The position numbers and the translations under genes were made by a program. A stretch of DNA of 64,000 bases. Source: Octopus sinensis. Lineage: Eukaryota. The stretch lies in contig NC_043004.1 in assembly GCF_006345805.1 (NCBI RefSeq), positions 64,046,001 through 64,110,000 of the forward strand. The letters are read 5' to 3'. Positions 1 through 13,274 of this stretch are shown here, one piece after another (positions within the stretch are counted from its first letter, which is position 1; the number at the start of each line of letters is the position of its first letter). The notes below the pieces were generated by a model that was given only the letters and a program-made list of their open reading frames with translations, was not told the DNA's origin and searched no databases.

Positions 1-585
1 AGTGGCTTGGTAAAAGGGAAAAAGCTCAACTACAACTGAAAAAGGTTCTTCTCTCTATCTGGTGGGATTGCAAAGGAGTAATTCACTTTGAATTGTTACC
101 ACCTAATGCAATAATCAATCTTCGATTCTAATGTCAGGAATTAGAGCGCTTGAACCAAGGTTTGAAGAAAAAAAGACCCGCTTTAGTGAATCGGAAAGGA
201 GTGATGTTTCATCAGGACAATGCGCAACCGATACTGCAAAAATTACATTACAGAAGATCGAAGTGCTTCGTTGAGAAAAATTTCCTCATCCACCTTATTC
301 TCCCGACCTTGCTCCTTCAGACAACCATTTGTTTCGTAGTTTACAGAATCATTTGGGCGACATAACTTTTGCAAGCCAGGAGGTCGAAACTCACATTTCA
401 GAGTTCTTCGGTTTGAAACCAAATGAGATATACATTGATGGAATTAAAATGCTTGTAAATAGATGGAAGGAAGTCATAGATAATCAGGGAAAGTACATTG
501 ATGATTAAATTTCAATTAAATATAACATTTGATCACTTGTTTTCTTTATTCAAAATTCGGACAGAACTTATGGGATGATCTGATA
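1..585 (+). mobile_element. Decayed mariner transposon, 3' part of transposase plus right TIR
   Basis: Reads KKVLLSIWWDCKGVIHFELLP..., VMFHQDNAQP, then after a frameshift PHPPYSPDLAPSDNHLFRSLQNHL (mariner YSPDLAPSD motif). Stop near 508. TIR-like CGGACAGAACTTATGGGATGATCTGATA ends at ~585, followed by TA. Confidence 0.93.
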
Positions 586-649
586 TATTACACTGTTGTT
601 TCTGAATGTGGCTCCAATGTTAATAGCGTGATACTCATCTCTATAAATG

Positions 650-687
<38 letters not shown>

Positions 688-689
<2 letters not shown>

Positions 690-1090
690 CGCAGGAGTGG
701 CTGTGTGGCAAGTAGCTTGTTTACCAGCCACATGGTTCCGGGTTCAGTCCCACTGCGTGGCACCTTGGGCAAGTGTCTTCTACTATAGCCTCGGGCCGAC
801 CAAAGACTTGTGAGTGGATTTGGTAGACGGAAACTGAAGAAGCCCGTCGTATATATGTATATATATATGTGCATGTATGTTTGTATGTCTGTGTTTGTCC
901 CCCAACATCGCTTGGCAACCGATGCTGGTGTGTTTATGTCCCCGTTACTTAGCGGTTCGGCAAAAGAGACCGATAGAATAAGTACTGGGCTTACAAAGAA
1001 TAAGTCCCGGGGTCGAGTTGATCGATTAAAAAGGCGGTGCTCCAGCATGGCCACAGTCAAATGACTGAAACAAGTAAAAGAGAGAGAGAG
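688..1090 (+). mobile_element. tRNA-derived SINE, family A, near full length
   Basis: Head GGCGCAGGAGTGGCTGTGTGG (A-box-like) and GGGTTCAGTCCC (B-box-like), CCTTGGGCAAG body, internal TA/TG tract, tail CCAGCATGGCC..GACTGAAACAAGTAAAAGAG. Near-identical copies at 9.2, 44.1 and 50.5 kb. Confidence 0.9.
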
Positions 1091-1440
1091 ATATCTATAT
1101 ATATAACATTGGGATTTCGATAACCTCTGTATGAAGATTTAATGTTTGTTCATGCAAAACATGGAATTACATAGAATATTGGATTTGACTAGATAAGTGT
1201 AAAGGAATACAAATTTTCATAGGACTTTGAACTTTCAACACTATTTTCAGTGGTGACCGTACCCTCCAATCTTTTCTTGTCTTTGCCATCCTACTTCTTA
1301 AATGTGACATCTTGAAGGGTCTTACAAATATATTGATAGGTGTACAACGGGAAGCAAAAAAAAAGAAAAGAAAATTCTTTGTGATGAAATTTCAATGCAT
1401 TGATCACAACAAATAAAAAAGAAACCTCTCGCTCTCTCTC

Positions 1441-1521
<81 letters not shown>

Positions 1522-1570
1522 CTGTCTACCTATCTCTGTCTATCTATTTATCTATCTAGTTATCTATCTA
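1441..1570. repeat. (TATC)n microsatellite
   Basis: Direct reading of the sequence. Confidence 0.95.
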
Positions 1571-2071
1571 TTTAGCTAACTACATATCTATCCTTTAATG
1601 TATCCTGAAAACCTTTTCTCTCCCTCTCTCTCTATTTCACCCCCTCTTTACCTTTCTTTCTCTCTTTCCCCTATTTTCCAAGAAAAACAAAAACCTTTTC
1701 TCCTCTTCTAAACGAAGCAAGAAAGCATCCGATTCATATAAATGAACAACGAAACGTTCTGTTTTAACATTTTGACTTAGATATGATCTTGAGGAATTCG
1801 ATAAACGAACAAAAGAATTATCCAAGATTCAAAAACTAAAAACTAAAATTTAGACCGCCTCTTTTTTCACAATATACAATAACTGTACACCTCTTCACGG
1901 TTATTTTCAATATTTTTCTCGTTGTATAGCGTGATCGTTCCTTTTTTGCATCTTTTTTTATTTTATTTTTGATCTTATATGTAAATAAAAATGTTTCCCA
2001 CGTTTTGATGCTTTTCCTTCTATCAAATGAGCAGATACATTGCGGATCTGTGATTTTAATGAGTTGTGCCT

Positions 2072-2180
2072 ATCACTCGATGTGACACATCTTCTGCACC
2101 GCCGGATGCTCCTGAACAAGTTGTTGAGTGTCCGATCGTTGAGGGATCGATGGTAGAGGTGTCGAAACGATTGTCGTGAT
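2072..2180 (+). ncRNA. Degenerate type I hammerhead ribozyme fold, core mutated
   Basis: ATCAC [TCGATGT in place of CTGATGA] GACAC...GTGTC GAAA CGATTG TC GTGAT. Stem I ATCAC/GTGAT and stem II base GACAC/GTGTC pair perfectly; stem III is near-palindromic. Confidence 0.6.
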
Positions 2181-2218
2181 TAAGAATAAATTCTTGTATA
2201 TTTCATCTTCCATTTACC

Positions 2219-2263
<45 letters not shown>

Positions 2264-3038
2264 TGTGTGTTTGTGTGTGTATATATGTATGCATGTATGT
2301 TTGTATATACACACACAATATATGTATATATAAATATACACAAAATACAAACAGATACATATATGTGTGTGTGTTTGTATATACAGTTGTATATATCTAT
2401 CTATCAATCTCTCTGTTTGCCTTTGTGTATATATATATGTAAAAAATACAAACACACACACACACATACACACACATATATATGTGTGTGTGTGTGTGTC
2501 TGTCTGTCTGTATATATATTTGTTTATATCTGTCTATCAATCCCTCTCTCTTTTTAATCTTTGTGTGTGTATGTATATATATATACGCATTCATACATAC
2601 ACAAATACACACAATTTTATTAAGCACGATTAACATTAGCACAATTTTGAGATGGAAAAGAGACAGAAAATAAATAACGTGGCTCATATTCCAGAAAAAT
2701 CGCTAATCTACCAACTAGAAGACGTATTACATAAGAGAGCGTCTGCTCACATCTCTCGGTCTAATTATGTATTTGAATCTTTATTATTCTTTTTTTCCCC
2801 AATTTCTTTTGTACTCTGCAATTTTTATCTTTGCAAGATAATTGCTCGGGTACATGACTTAGCAAGAAATGTTGAACTCCGTATAGAAATATTTCAAATT
2901 ATATAGACTAATCTCCGAAGTCGGACATAACAAAAAGATGCCATTAAAATCATCATATATACACACATACATATGTAGGTATATAAATGCATCTACATAT
3001 ATTATAAACGCATGTATATGTATATATATATTATATAT

Positions 3039-3072
<34 letters not shown>

Positions 3073-3284
3073 ATATATAATATATATATATATATTATAT
3101 ACATTATATATATACATATACTTATATATATAAATGGATAATACATGCATGTACATATACATATGCACATGCATATGTAGAGACACACAGACACAAACTT
3201 ATACACATACACATAAATATGTGTGTGTGTATTATATATATACATATATATATATATACTGCATATATTGACATATATAAAATA

Positions 3285-3355
<71 letters not shown>

Positions 3356-3833
3356 TATATAAGATATATAAAATTCATATGCAATTTGTGCGAGTGGTGA
3401 GTTATTTTTCATTTATATAATTTTCTGTCTGTGCTGGTGGTTATGAAGACCTACATGTGTTAGTAGCTTTGTGTGTATGTTTTCGTTTCGAACATAATAC
3501 CTATGAATACGTTCTGTAAATGCTATATTGTACAGCGAAATTTGAAGTGGTCATTAGTTATATCCAAAGTGTAATGCGATATTCAGAAGTAATTTTCCAT
3601 ACATGTTCAGAACCACTATAACATATTAAGGAAAATGGTGTTATTGGGAAAAGTAATGTCGATCGATCTATCGTCTTACTCATTTTTTTCAATGGTCCTT
3701 CTCTTAAGTTTCTCTATGTATGTATATATGTCTATAAATGTATCCGTGTGTATGTGTATGTCTGCCCAGGGAGGAAAATATTCATCCATATATATATCAA
3801 TATAATATATACATAAGTATGTATGTATATATC

Positions 3834-3884
<51 letters not shown>

Positions 3885-5176
3885 CTTGGAACAAGATGGG
3901 TGACGTTCAATCATATAATAATATAATTAATATATGTATACACATGCATATATACATACGTATATGTACTTAATCTATACGTATATATATATATATATAT
4001 ATGCATATGTGAGTACAGCACGTCACGAAACGTGTACAACAAAAACGTACGAAATACACAAATGGAAAACAAAACAAGCAACATTAAAAAAATGACCCTT
4101 CATCAGTTGTTGACTGTTTTGTTCTCCATATTTGTTCTTCGTTCTTCGAAAGAATAGTTCATGTTCCATGTACTCGTGCTTCGTACTTTTTGCTGTACGC
4201 GTTCCGTACAACACCGCCGACTCCGCCTCTATCACGACTACAGCTCATACTATTTATGTCACTGCATTATTACCATCATTGTTCAGTACGTTAGTTCGGT
4301 ATGCTGGCTTAGTATTCAGTACCTCTTTCTCTCCCATATCCCCCTTTATCTCTCTCTTATTATTATTCCAATTATCACCATCTACACTACTACTTTTAAT
4401 AAAACATCCTTAGCTCTCACTAAATTACTTTGTCCTTCTCTCCCTCTCTTTTTCTTTCTCTTTCTCTCTATATCTGTCTTTGCCACCGCTCTCACCATCT
4501 TTATGCCTACTATTACTCTCACCCCAGCACGAGGAATAGTAGATGTGTCATTGAGTAGTGACAGAGGGGATCACTAACACACAAATTAGTTTTTGCATTT
4601 ACTATGTTAGTGTGTGTGTGTGTGTGTGAGATGAGATCCAGAGATTCTCAGTATAGAAGACACTTAGTAGTGCTCAAAAGATACGAATTTAGATTCTGAC
4701 GTCTTTACCGAGGATCGATTCCGCAAGGTAAAAAAATGGCTGTAAAAGAGAATATAGAGACAATTATGTGGATACACAAATTAAGTACATTAATTGTATT
4801 AAATATCTTAAATTATAATATTTAGGGTATGAAATATGAAATATGTATATATGTATACACGCAAAACAAAATGATGAACTTATAAGTATAAATGTATATT
4901 TATATTAATAGGTCCAACTTACTCAGAGTACAAATGACAGAAAAAATTGAAGAAAGGTGTTACAAGTTCAACAGCTGTTACTGAGAGGCTCGAAGATTCA
5001 TAATAATTTTGGTATGTGTAGTTCATCAAAATATGCAGCCGGCAATATTCCTGATGTTTTTTGTTTGTTTTTGTTTTTTTACATATCTAATCTTATCAGA
5101 GAACCCCTATTGTAATACCTGCCTCGTTGTAATACCTGCCTGGACCCATGAAATCATTTTCATCAAAAGATAACAC

Positions 5177-5362
5177 CGCAGGAGTGGCTGTGTTGTAAGT
5201 AGCTTGCTAACCAACCACATGGTTCCGGGTTCACTCCCACTGCGTGGCATCTTGGGCAAGTGTCTTCTGCTATAACCCCGGGCCGACCAATGCCTTGTGA
5301 ATGGATTTGGTAGACGGAAACTGAAAGAAGCCTGTTGTATATATGTATATATATATGTGTGT

Positions 5363-5411
<49 letters not shown>

Positions 5412-5473
5412 CGTGTGTTTGTCCCCCTAGCATTGTTTGACAACCGATGCTGGTGTGTTTATGTCCCCGTCAC
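5177..5473 (+). mobile_element. SINE family A, 3'-truncated
   Basis: Matches 688-1090 from CGCAGGAGTGGCTG to TGTCCCCGT. Confidence 0.9.
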
Positions 5474-5884
5474 TTTTTCAGTTAAATCTTTTTCAGGGTA
5501 AAAGCAGTTTCATCATTAAGATTATGGTATAACTAAGTACACATAACTCTAGCTCGCCTGGGCTAATCAGTCTACATTCAGGGCTACTCTATGATCCTTC
5601 AACGTTATAAAAGGTGGCCGGGGTACTAGGGGTATCATCTAATTTCCGTTTTTTCAGCTAACTCCTAAGCTTCTAGATTTATAGACCTATGAACTGCATT
5701 TTTAAATTTCCTATAAGTATTTGTTTTCGCACGTGTCACCAACAAAGATTTTTGAACGAAAAAACATACGGATAATAGTTTCCTTCAAAAATCGTGGTCT
5801 TCAATAGAAGACCACGCTAGGTTTACCAGATGATGACCGAAAACAAGCAAATCTGAGTATTGGAAATCGGAGCCTTTAAGTTAT

Positions 5885-5915
<31 letters not shown>

Positions 5916-6806
5916 ACATGCACACATATATATACAAATATATATGTGTGTGTATATATACATATATATAGATGTACCTACATATATACATATAAATAAA
6001 TATATATATATATATTTATATCACCTTGATCACCTTGACCGACTAGTCCGTCAGGCGTCCATTTGACACCGCTGGTCACAGCACGCTGTCCACTCCTCTC
6101 TGGATACTTTATAATAAAGCATATTACTCTACCTCTGGTATTTGAGTACTCTTTTTTCCACCTTGTTTCACATTTATGTGTTTTAGTCCGGTATACATAT
6201 ATACATATATATATATATCTATATATATTATATATATATATAACACTCGCACACATCAACGCATGAAATATGTGTATGGATATATATATATACGCACATC
6301 TATATTCAAATCATGCAAATATGTGTATGTATGTGTGTATGTATATGTATATATATACGTGTATGTGTATGAGCATATTTACGGAAGCATGTAAGTAGAT
6401 TTGTAGCTATAATTGGAAGTGCGTTGGCATGGAATTCAAAGCACATGAGTCACATCTGCAGCTACCCACCTAAATGATATCTATCTATCTATCCATCTAT
6501 ATATATATATATATATACATATATATACATATATACATACACACATACATATATACACATATATGTGTGTATGCATGTATGTACGCTTATGTATATAATT
6601 TTTTTATATACCACAAATATTACAAGTGGACGTACACATGCATATACATGTAACTCCTGCTCATTCTCTTCTTCGGTATATACGTGCACACATATATACT
6701 CGCCAAAAACGTGTATAGGCCATACACGCACACAGCACGCCCATGTGTATATGGAGATAACATGATAAATGTAATATACACACACATATAATGTATGCAT
6801 GTTCAT

Positions 6807-6893
<87 letters not shown>

Positions 6894-6931
6894 ATATATA
6901 TATATATATATGTGTGCATATATTATATATA

Positions 6932-7002
<71 letters not shown>

Positions 7003-7219
7003 CGTGTTTGTTTCCTCGGTCATCTAAGCATCTTGCCTTCATCGATTCAAGTTTGTTATCAATCCCCACTATCTAATTCTACATCTATTTATCTCGCAGT
7101 TTCGCTATATTTTCTATTCAACTTTTCTTTCTGTTTAACAAAGTACTTTACCATTCACACTCTTCCATTACATTTCCTTCTCCAGCTCTCTCGTTCTCTC
7201 CCTCTCTGTATCTTTCTCA

Positions 7220-7253
<34 letters not shown>

Positions 7254-7411
7254 GTCTCTCTCTCTCTCTCTCTCGCTCTCTACCTCTTTCTCTGTCACTA
7301 TCTTTCTATCCATCTCTATCTGTGTCTCTCAATGCGCCTTTCTTTATATGTCTATATATTTCACAATCTTTCTCTCACTCTCTCTTTTTGTTTCTCTCGC
7401 GTTCTCTCTCT

Positions 7412-7486
<75 letters not shown>

Positions 7487-7539
7487 GTTAATTCATATAT
7501 TTCTTCCTGTAGTTCCTGTTTTAATCTGGTGCTTGTTTC

Positions 7540-7791
7540 TATCATCATCATCATCGTCGTCGTCGCCATCACAGCAATGGTCGTAGCCACGATCGACGTC
7601 GTTGTCTTCGACATCTCAGCCACCGTCGCCGGAACTATCGTCATGGTTGTCGTTATATTATCATCCCATGATCACCATCTTATCGTTTTCATCATCATTA
7701 TCATCGACAGCCCCACCACCATCAACAACACCATCACCACCACCACCACAACCACAACCATCACCACCCGCACTACCATCACCACTTTCAA

Positions 7792-7831
<40 letters not shown>

Positions 7832-7847
7832 GTCGTCGTCGTCGTCG

Positions 7848-7878
<31 letters not shown>

Positions 7879-7983
7879 TCATCACCAACACAACAAACAC
7901 CACCGCCACAATCACAATCAACACCACCCGCACTACCATCACTGCCACCATCACCACTTTCAACATCATCATCATCATCATCA

Positions 7984-8040
<57 letters not shown>

Positions 8041-8105
8041 TCATCACCAACACAACAAACACCACCGCCACCATACACAATCAACACCACCATCGCCACC
8101 ATCGT
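7540..8105. repeat. Mosaic trinucleotide tract (CAT/CGT/CAC) with ~160-bp internal duplication
   Basis: CACCCGCACTACCATCAC at ~7765 and ~7926; CATCACCAACACAACAAACACCACCGCCA at ~7880 and ~8042. Confidence 0.85.
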
Positions 8106-8537
8106 CTTTGTTTCTTTTTCTCCTATTACCTATCCTGTTTTTCCCCTCCAGCAAATCTCTTCGATTCTCTTCTGTTCTGTTTATATCTTCATCTTGTTCT
8201 CTTGTTTGATTTTACAGTATCTTAACCAAGATTCTAAGGATTTCAGCAGAAGATTGTGTTGTTGTGACCATATCTGTTATTTCTTCAATCTTTTGAAGAG
8301 CGTCGACATTTGATAATACTCTTTGCAAAATAGAATCATAAGATTATGTTCTAAAAATATAGGAAATGGGAGTGTGCACACATATATACATATATTCATA
8401 GTCATATGTATGTACACATACACATACTCACGCACAAATAATCACACACCACACCACACACACATATATATATTGATATAATATATATATATAATATATA
8501 AGATATATATATATATATATGTATATATATTCATATA

Positions 8538-8589
<52 letters not shown>

Positions 8590-8766
8590 ATATATATATA
8601 TATATACATACTGCACACACACACACATATATGTGTATATATGTATGTATATATGTGTGTATACGTATATGTCTGTGCATACGTGCGCATGCGTGTATTT
8701 GTTGCGTGTGTTTGTTGCGTGTGTAAGTGTATGTGTGTAGGTCTAGATATGCGTGTAACTATTTTT

Positions 8767-8810
<44 letters not shown>

Positions 8811-8953
8811 ATGTATATATATATATAATATATATACGTATGTGTGTCTACGTATTTATTTTTTATATACAATATATACATTTTTTATAATATATATGTG
8901 TGTGTATATTTATCTATGAATTTATACATATATCTATGCTCGTCAGTAAAGTG

Positions 8954-8984
<31 letters not shown>

Positions 8985-9224
8985 TGTGTGTGTGTGTGTG
9001 CGCGTGTGTGAGCGTGGCTATGTATTTATCAATATCAGCTCGAAGATTTTCAAGATTTAAGAATGTGTATTTGTGTATATGCCTGTGGGTGTGTGCAGTA
9101 CGGGAAAGTTGGGTGGGAGAAAAAAAGGGAGAAAACAAGCGACGCAAGAAACAACAATATATTTCTTTGCGCCGCATTTCTGAGTTCAAATCACGACTGT
9201 GTTTTTCAAACTCTAATTACGTAG

Positions 9225-9637
9225 TAGAGTGGCTCTGTGGTAAGTAGCTTGTTTACTAACCACATGGTTCCGGGTTCAGTCCCACTGCGTGGCACCTTGG
9301 GCAAGTGTCTTCTACTATAGCCTCAGGCCGACCAATGCCTTGTGAGTGGATTTGGTAGACAGAAACTGAAAGAAGCCCGTCGTATGTATGTATATATATA
9401 TATATATGTGCATGTATGTTTGTATGTCTGTGTTTGACCCCCAACATCGCTTGACAACCGCTGCTGGTGTGTTTATGTCCCCGTTACTTAGCGGTTCGGC
9501 AAAAGAGACCGATAGAATAAGTACTGGGCTTACAAAGAATAAGTCCCGGGGTCGAGTTGCTCGATTAAAGGCGGTGCTCCAGCATGGCCGCAGTCGAATG
9601 ACTGAAACAAGTAAAAGAGTAAAAGAGTAAAAGAGAG
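9225..9637 (+). mobile_element. SINE family A, near full length
   Basis: Colinear with 688-1090; ends in (GTAAAAGA)n. Confidence 0.92.
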
Positions 9638-10152
9638 TTGTCGTCATCATTTTTAAATGGTTGGCAATGTATTGATGGAGATGCCGACACCACAGTCCAA
9701 AAATACCCCAGAACTCCCATATATCGAATATATGTAAAGACACGGTATGAAGTTATTTATTATTTCCATTTTTATTGAATAGTAGCGGGAGCCAGGGCAA
9801 CAAATGTACCTTTTGTCAGGGCTTCTAAGAATTGGGAGAGAAGGAAGGGGACCTATTTTAAGAGCGGAAAGACGTAAAAGTTTTCAATGGAGTGTACTCC
9901 ATTAAAAGTACCAAAAAAGACAGTGAGGTAGTCTGTCACAAAAGAACGGACTTCCACGAACTGAGATTCCACGCTTTCCATTTATAAATTTCACGCAATT
10001 AATTTCACTCGACTCGATTCTATATTAGAAGTAGTTGCCATGGTGTTCCGCTGCTGGGTCAAATCTGATACTAAGATATAGCAAAACAAATTTCTTAAGC
10101 ACACAATCATGCCAGCACCATAGTCCCAGATGAAATTGAAGTGGTACGTAAA

Positions 10153-10564
10153 CAGGCGAGCTGGCAGAAACGTTAGCACGCCGGGCGAAATGTTTAGCGG
10201 TATTTCGTCTGCGTTACGTTGTGAGTTCAAATTCCGCCGAGGTTGACTTTGCCTTTCATCCTTTCGGGGTCGATAAATTAAGTACCAGTTACGCACTGGG
10301 GTCGATGTAATCGACTTAATACCTACGTCTGTCCTTGTTTGTCCCCTCTGTGTTTAGCCCCTTGTGGGTAGTAAAGAAATAGGTATTTCGTCTGCGTTAC
10401 GTTCTGAGTTCAAATTCCGCCGAGGTCGACTTTGCCTTTCATCCTTTCCGGTTCGATAAATTAAGTACCAGTTAAGCACTGGGATCGATGTAATCGACTT
10501 AATACCTATGTCTGTCCTTGTTTGTCCCCTCTGTGTTTAGCCCCTTCTGGGTAGTAAAGAAATA
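10153..10564 (+). mobile_element. tRNA-derived SINE family B (Meta-domain-like), duplicated body, 10-bp TSD
   Basis: Head GGCGAGCTGGCAGAAACGTTAG, B-box GAGTTCAAATTCC, central GCCTTTCATCCTTTCGGGGTCGATAAATTAAGTACCAG (resembles the Meta-SINE domain, from memory). Body occurs twice. GGTACGTAAA flanks both sides (10143-10152, 10565-10574). Confidence 0.9.
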
Positions 10565-10727
10565 GGTACGTAAAGAGGAAAAAAAAAAGAAAAATCTGTC
10601 CTTTGTAGCAATGAATGTTTAATAAATTCTCGTTCCAGATAACAAGTGTTAATGCTTTAGAATTTAAATGGTCACTTGGTGCTAGACTGTTGTGACTGAT
10701 TTGGATCTTTTAACTTTTATACCATAC

Positions 10728-10900
10728 TTGTATCAATCGTTAGGCTGCGGCCATACTGGGCCACCGCGTTGAAGTATTTTTACTCGAATGAATCGACCCT
10801 GGTACTTATGCACTTTTTAAGCCTGGTACTTATTCAATCAAATTTTTGCCAAACTGCTCTAAGTTACGGAGGCATAAACACCAACACCGGTTATCAAACC
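10728..10900 (-). mobile_element. Diverged 3' fragment of SINE family A
   Basis: GCTGCGGCCATACTGG..., TCGACCC, GGTACTTATTC and TAAACACCAACACCGGTT match the reverse complement of the family A 3' half. Confidence 0.7.
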
Positions 10901-10903
10901 GGT

Positions 10904-10968
<65 letters not shown>

Positions 10969-10991
10969 TGTGTTGTGTGTGCGTGTGCGTG

Positions 10992-11024
<33 letters not shown>

Positions 11025-11978
11025 CTATTTATATTTATTTATGTATACCCTCTTATAATGATTGTACTTATTGTATTGTATTACTCATTCATGTACGCTG
11101 TGTTGTTATATATTTTTATGTTTAACCCTAATGTTCTTATGCAGTGGTTTAATAAAGTATGTGATTGGGTATTATCTGGTAGTTGATAAATGATTTAGAT
11201 GTATTTCTCCATTTTCTTATTTTGTATATATATATATATATATATATATTCAACGGGATCTTTTCAGATTCGATATCATTGTAGTTATTTGTAGTTAGTT
11301 AACAATTCAGTAACAGACATTAATCTCGACGTCTGAAATTACTGACCATGACAATATTAACTAAATTCACTCATAATTCAAAGAGAGGTTTATACAGCTT
11401 TGTAAGAAGACAAAATATATAAGATCCTGAGTTCAATGCCGACCAGGTTATCTACACTTTTCTCTTAAAAGAATGGAAAATAAGAAAGAGACCCAACATA
11501 AGTGTATACAAATTCATCTAAACTTCTAAACTTCTAGGTATAATTTACATCCTAAAGATCCTAGGAAGAGAGATAGATGAAATAGTTTAGTCCCGTACTC
11601 TTATCGAAGAGTTGAAATATAATAGCACATCTTAAGTTTTATAATACACATGCACATAAATATAAACACACACATAGACACCATACGCACGCACACACAC
11701 ATGCACACGTACGCTCGCACATACAAACACACACACACACACATATTAGAAATTTCTGTACAAATAGATGTAGGACTGGTAAAGCGATACTTTGTGTGTG
11801 TGTCTATGTGTATTTGTGTGTGTGTGTGTGTGTGTTTAATTTTAGGTCTTGGTGGTGTATAAACATAATGTATTTGCAGAGAAGCACTCAACTCGAATAC
11901 TAGGCTATCAACACTGTCGGGTTCCAGATCAATGCCGGAATTATTCAAGTATACAAAATCCTGGTATCACTAACCAAC

Positions 11979-12032
<54 letters not shown>

Positions 12033-12068
12033 TATATATATAGTATGTATGTATTATTATAATATATT

Positions 12069-12117
<49 letters not shown>

Positions 12118-12402
12118 GGTGTCCCCAAAAAATGTATGCATACTTTAACTGCTTTTTGCACTTCACAATGCATTTTCACACTTCAAATTCTTCAAATACT
12201 GACGGACCACGGATAGTGTGGTCTATAGCCAGCTGGAGGAGATATCTCCTGGGGCTACAACTACAGTAGCATCCACCCTTATGGGTTAGCCATATTCAAA
12301 TGGCAAATATGCTACACGATGTGTTACCGCTACTGTTTATAACTCGCTCTGAGATTTATCATTGTTATATATATATATATATTATATATATTATATATAT
12401 AT

Positions 12403-12450
<48 letters not shown>

Positions 12451-12527
12451 GATGGAGAAGAGCAGTTAAAAAACTTATCTTCCATGCGTATTGAATGATT
12501 GATGTTTATAATCTATATATGTATATG

Positions 12528-13272
12528 AGGGTGTACCCAAAAGAAACAAGAATTTCGCAATATTATTTTGTTCCCTTAGTTTGACATTTTTACACTTGTA
12601 TTGCTTTCACAGTATTCACCATTTGAAGCAATGCTCCGGTCCATACGCGTTTTCCACTGTTCGAAGCAATGCTGGAACTCTTGCAGAGTGATGCCTTTTA
12701 ACGCCTCCGTCGTTTTTTCTTCTCTTACACATCTGCAAATTTCGTAGCATCAGATTTTGACACCAGTGATGACCTTCAAAACAGGTCCGGTACAACTTAC
12801 AGCTGTTTTTTTCATTTCAAGACATGCATTCAGTCGTGACTGCTTATGAGCTTCCGTGAGCAAATGAGCCACAAAGTTTGCTACCCCTCTCTTCATTTGT
12901 AATTCATCGCTCAAAATTCGTTGGCAGGAGCTCAGGGACACACCGGTCATATAAACAAGTTCGTCAATTGTTCAGTGACGGTCCTCGAAGATAAGTTCAT
13001 GTATTTTTATGTTTTCATTCGTTCGAGAGGTCGTCGGACGCCATAAACGAGGTTGGTCTTCAAGCGTCTAGTGACCATTAAGAAAGCGTGAAAATCACTA
13101 ATAAATTTGTGTTTTGCTCATGGCAACGCCCTTGTAATCTATTAGAAGCATGACAATTGTTTCAGCCGCCATTTTCCCCAGCAGAAAACAGAATTTTGCG
13201 GAATCATGCTTTCCGTCGTTTCAAGAATCGCAAAGATCGACGAACAGGGACGAAGCACTGCAAAGTAAGGAA
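12528..13272 (-). mobile_element. Internally deleted mariner transposon
   Basis: Minus strand reads KFCFLLGKMAAETIVML...LEDQPR.WRPTTSRTNEN, SCQRILSDELQMKRGVANFVAHLLT...VITG, and C-terminal FQHCFEQWKTRMDRSIASNGEY. TIR-like GAGGGTGTACCCAAAAG at ~12527. Confidence 0.88.
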
Positions 13273-13274
13273 TA

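Noticed and set aside
688-770. tRNA-like A/B boxes at SINE heads
   Set aside because: No complete cloverleaf; they continue into SINE bodies, so they are not tRNA genes.
641-1064. Recurrent 80-175 aa ORFs (also 9315-9743, 50189-50713) with similar peptides
   Set aside because: Chance ORFs in copies of a non-coding tRNA-derived SINE.
12115-12370. TA-CAGGGTGTCCCCAAAAAATG Tc1/mariner-like end and AGGAGATATCTCCT palindrome
   Set aside because: No partner TIR, transposase remnant or ribozyme core found.
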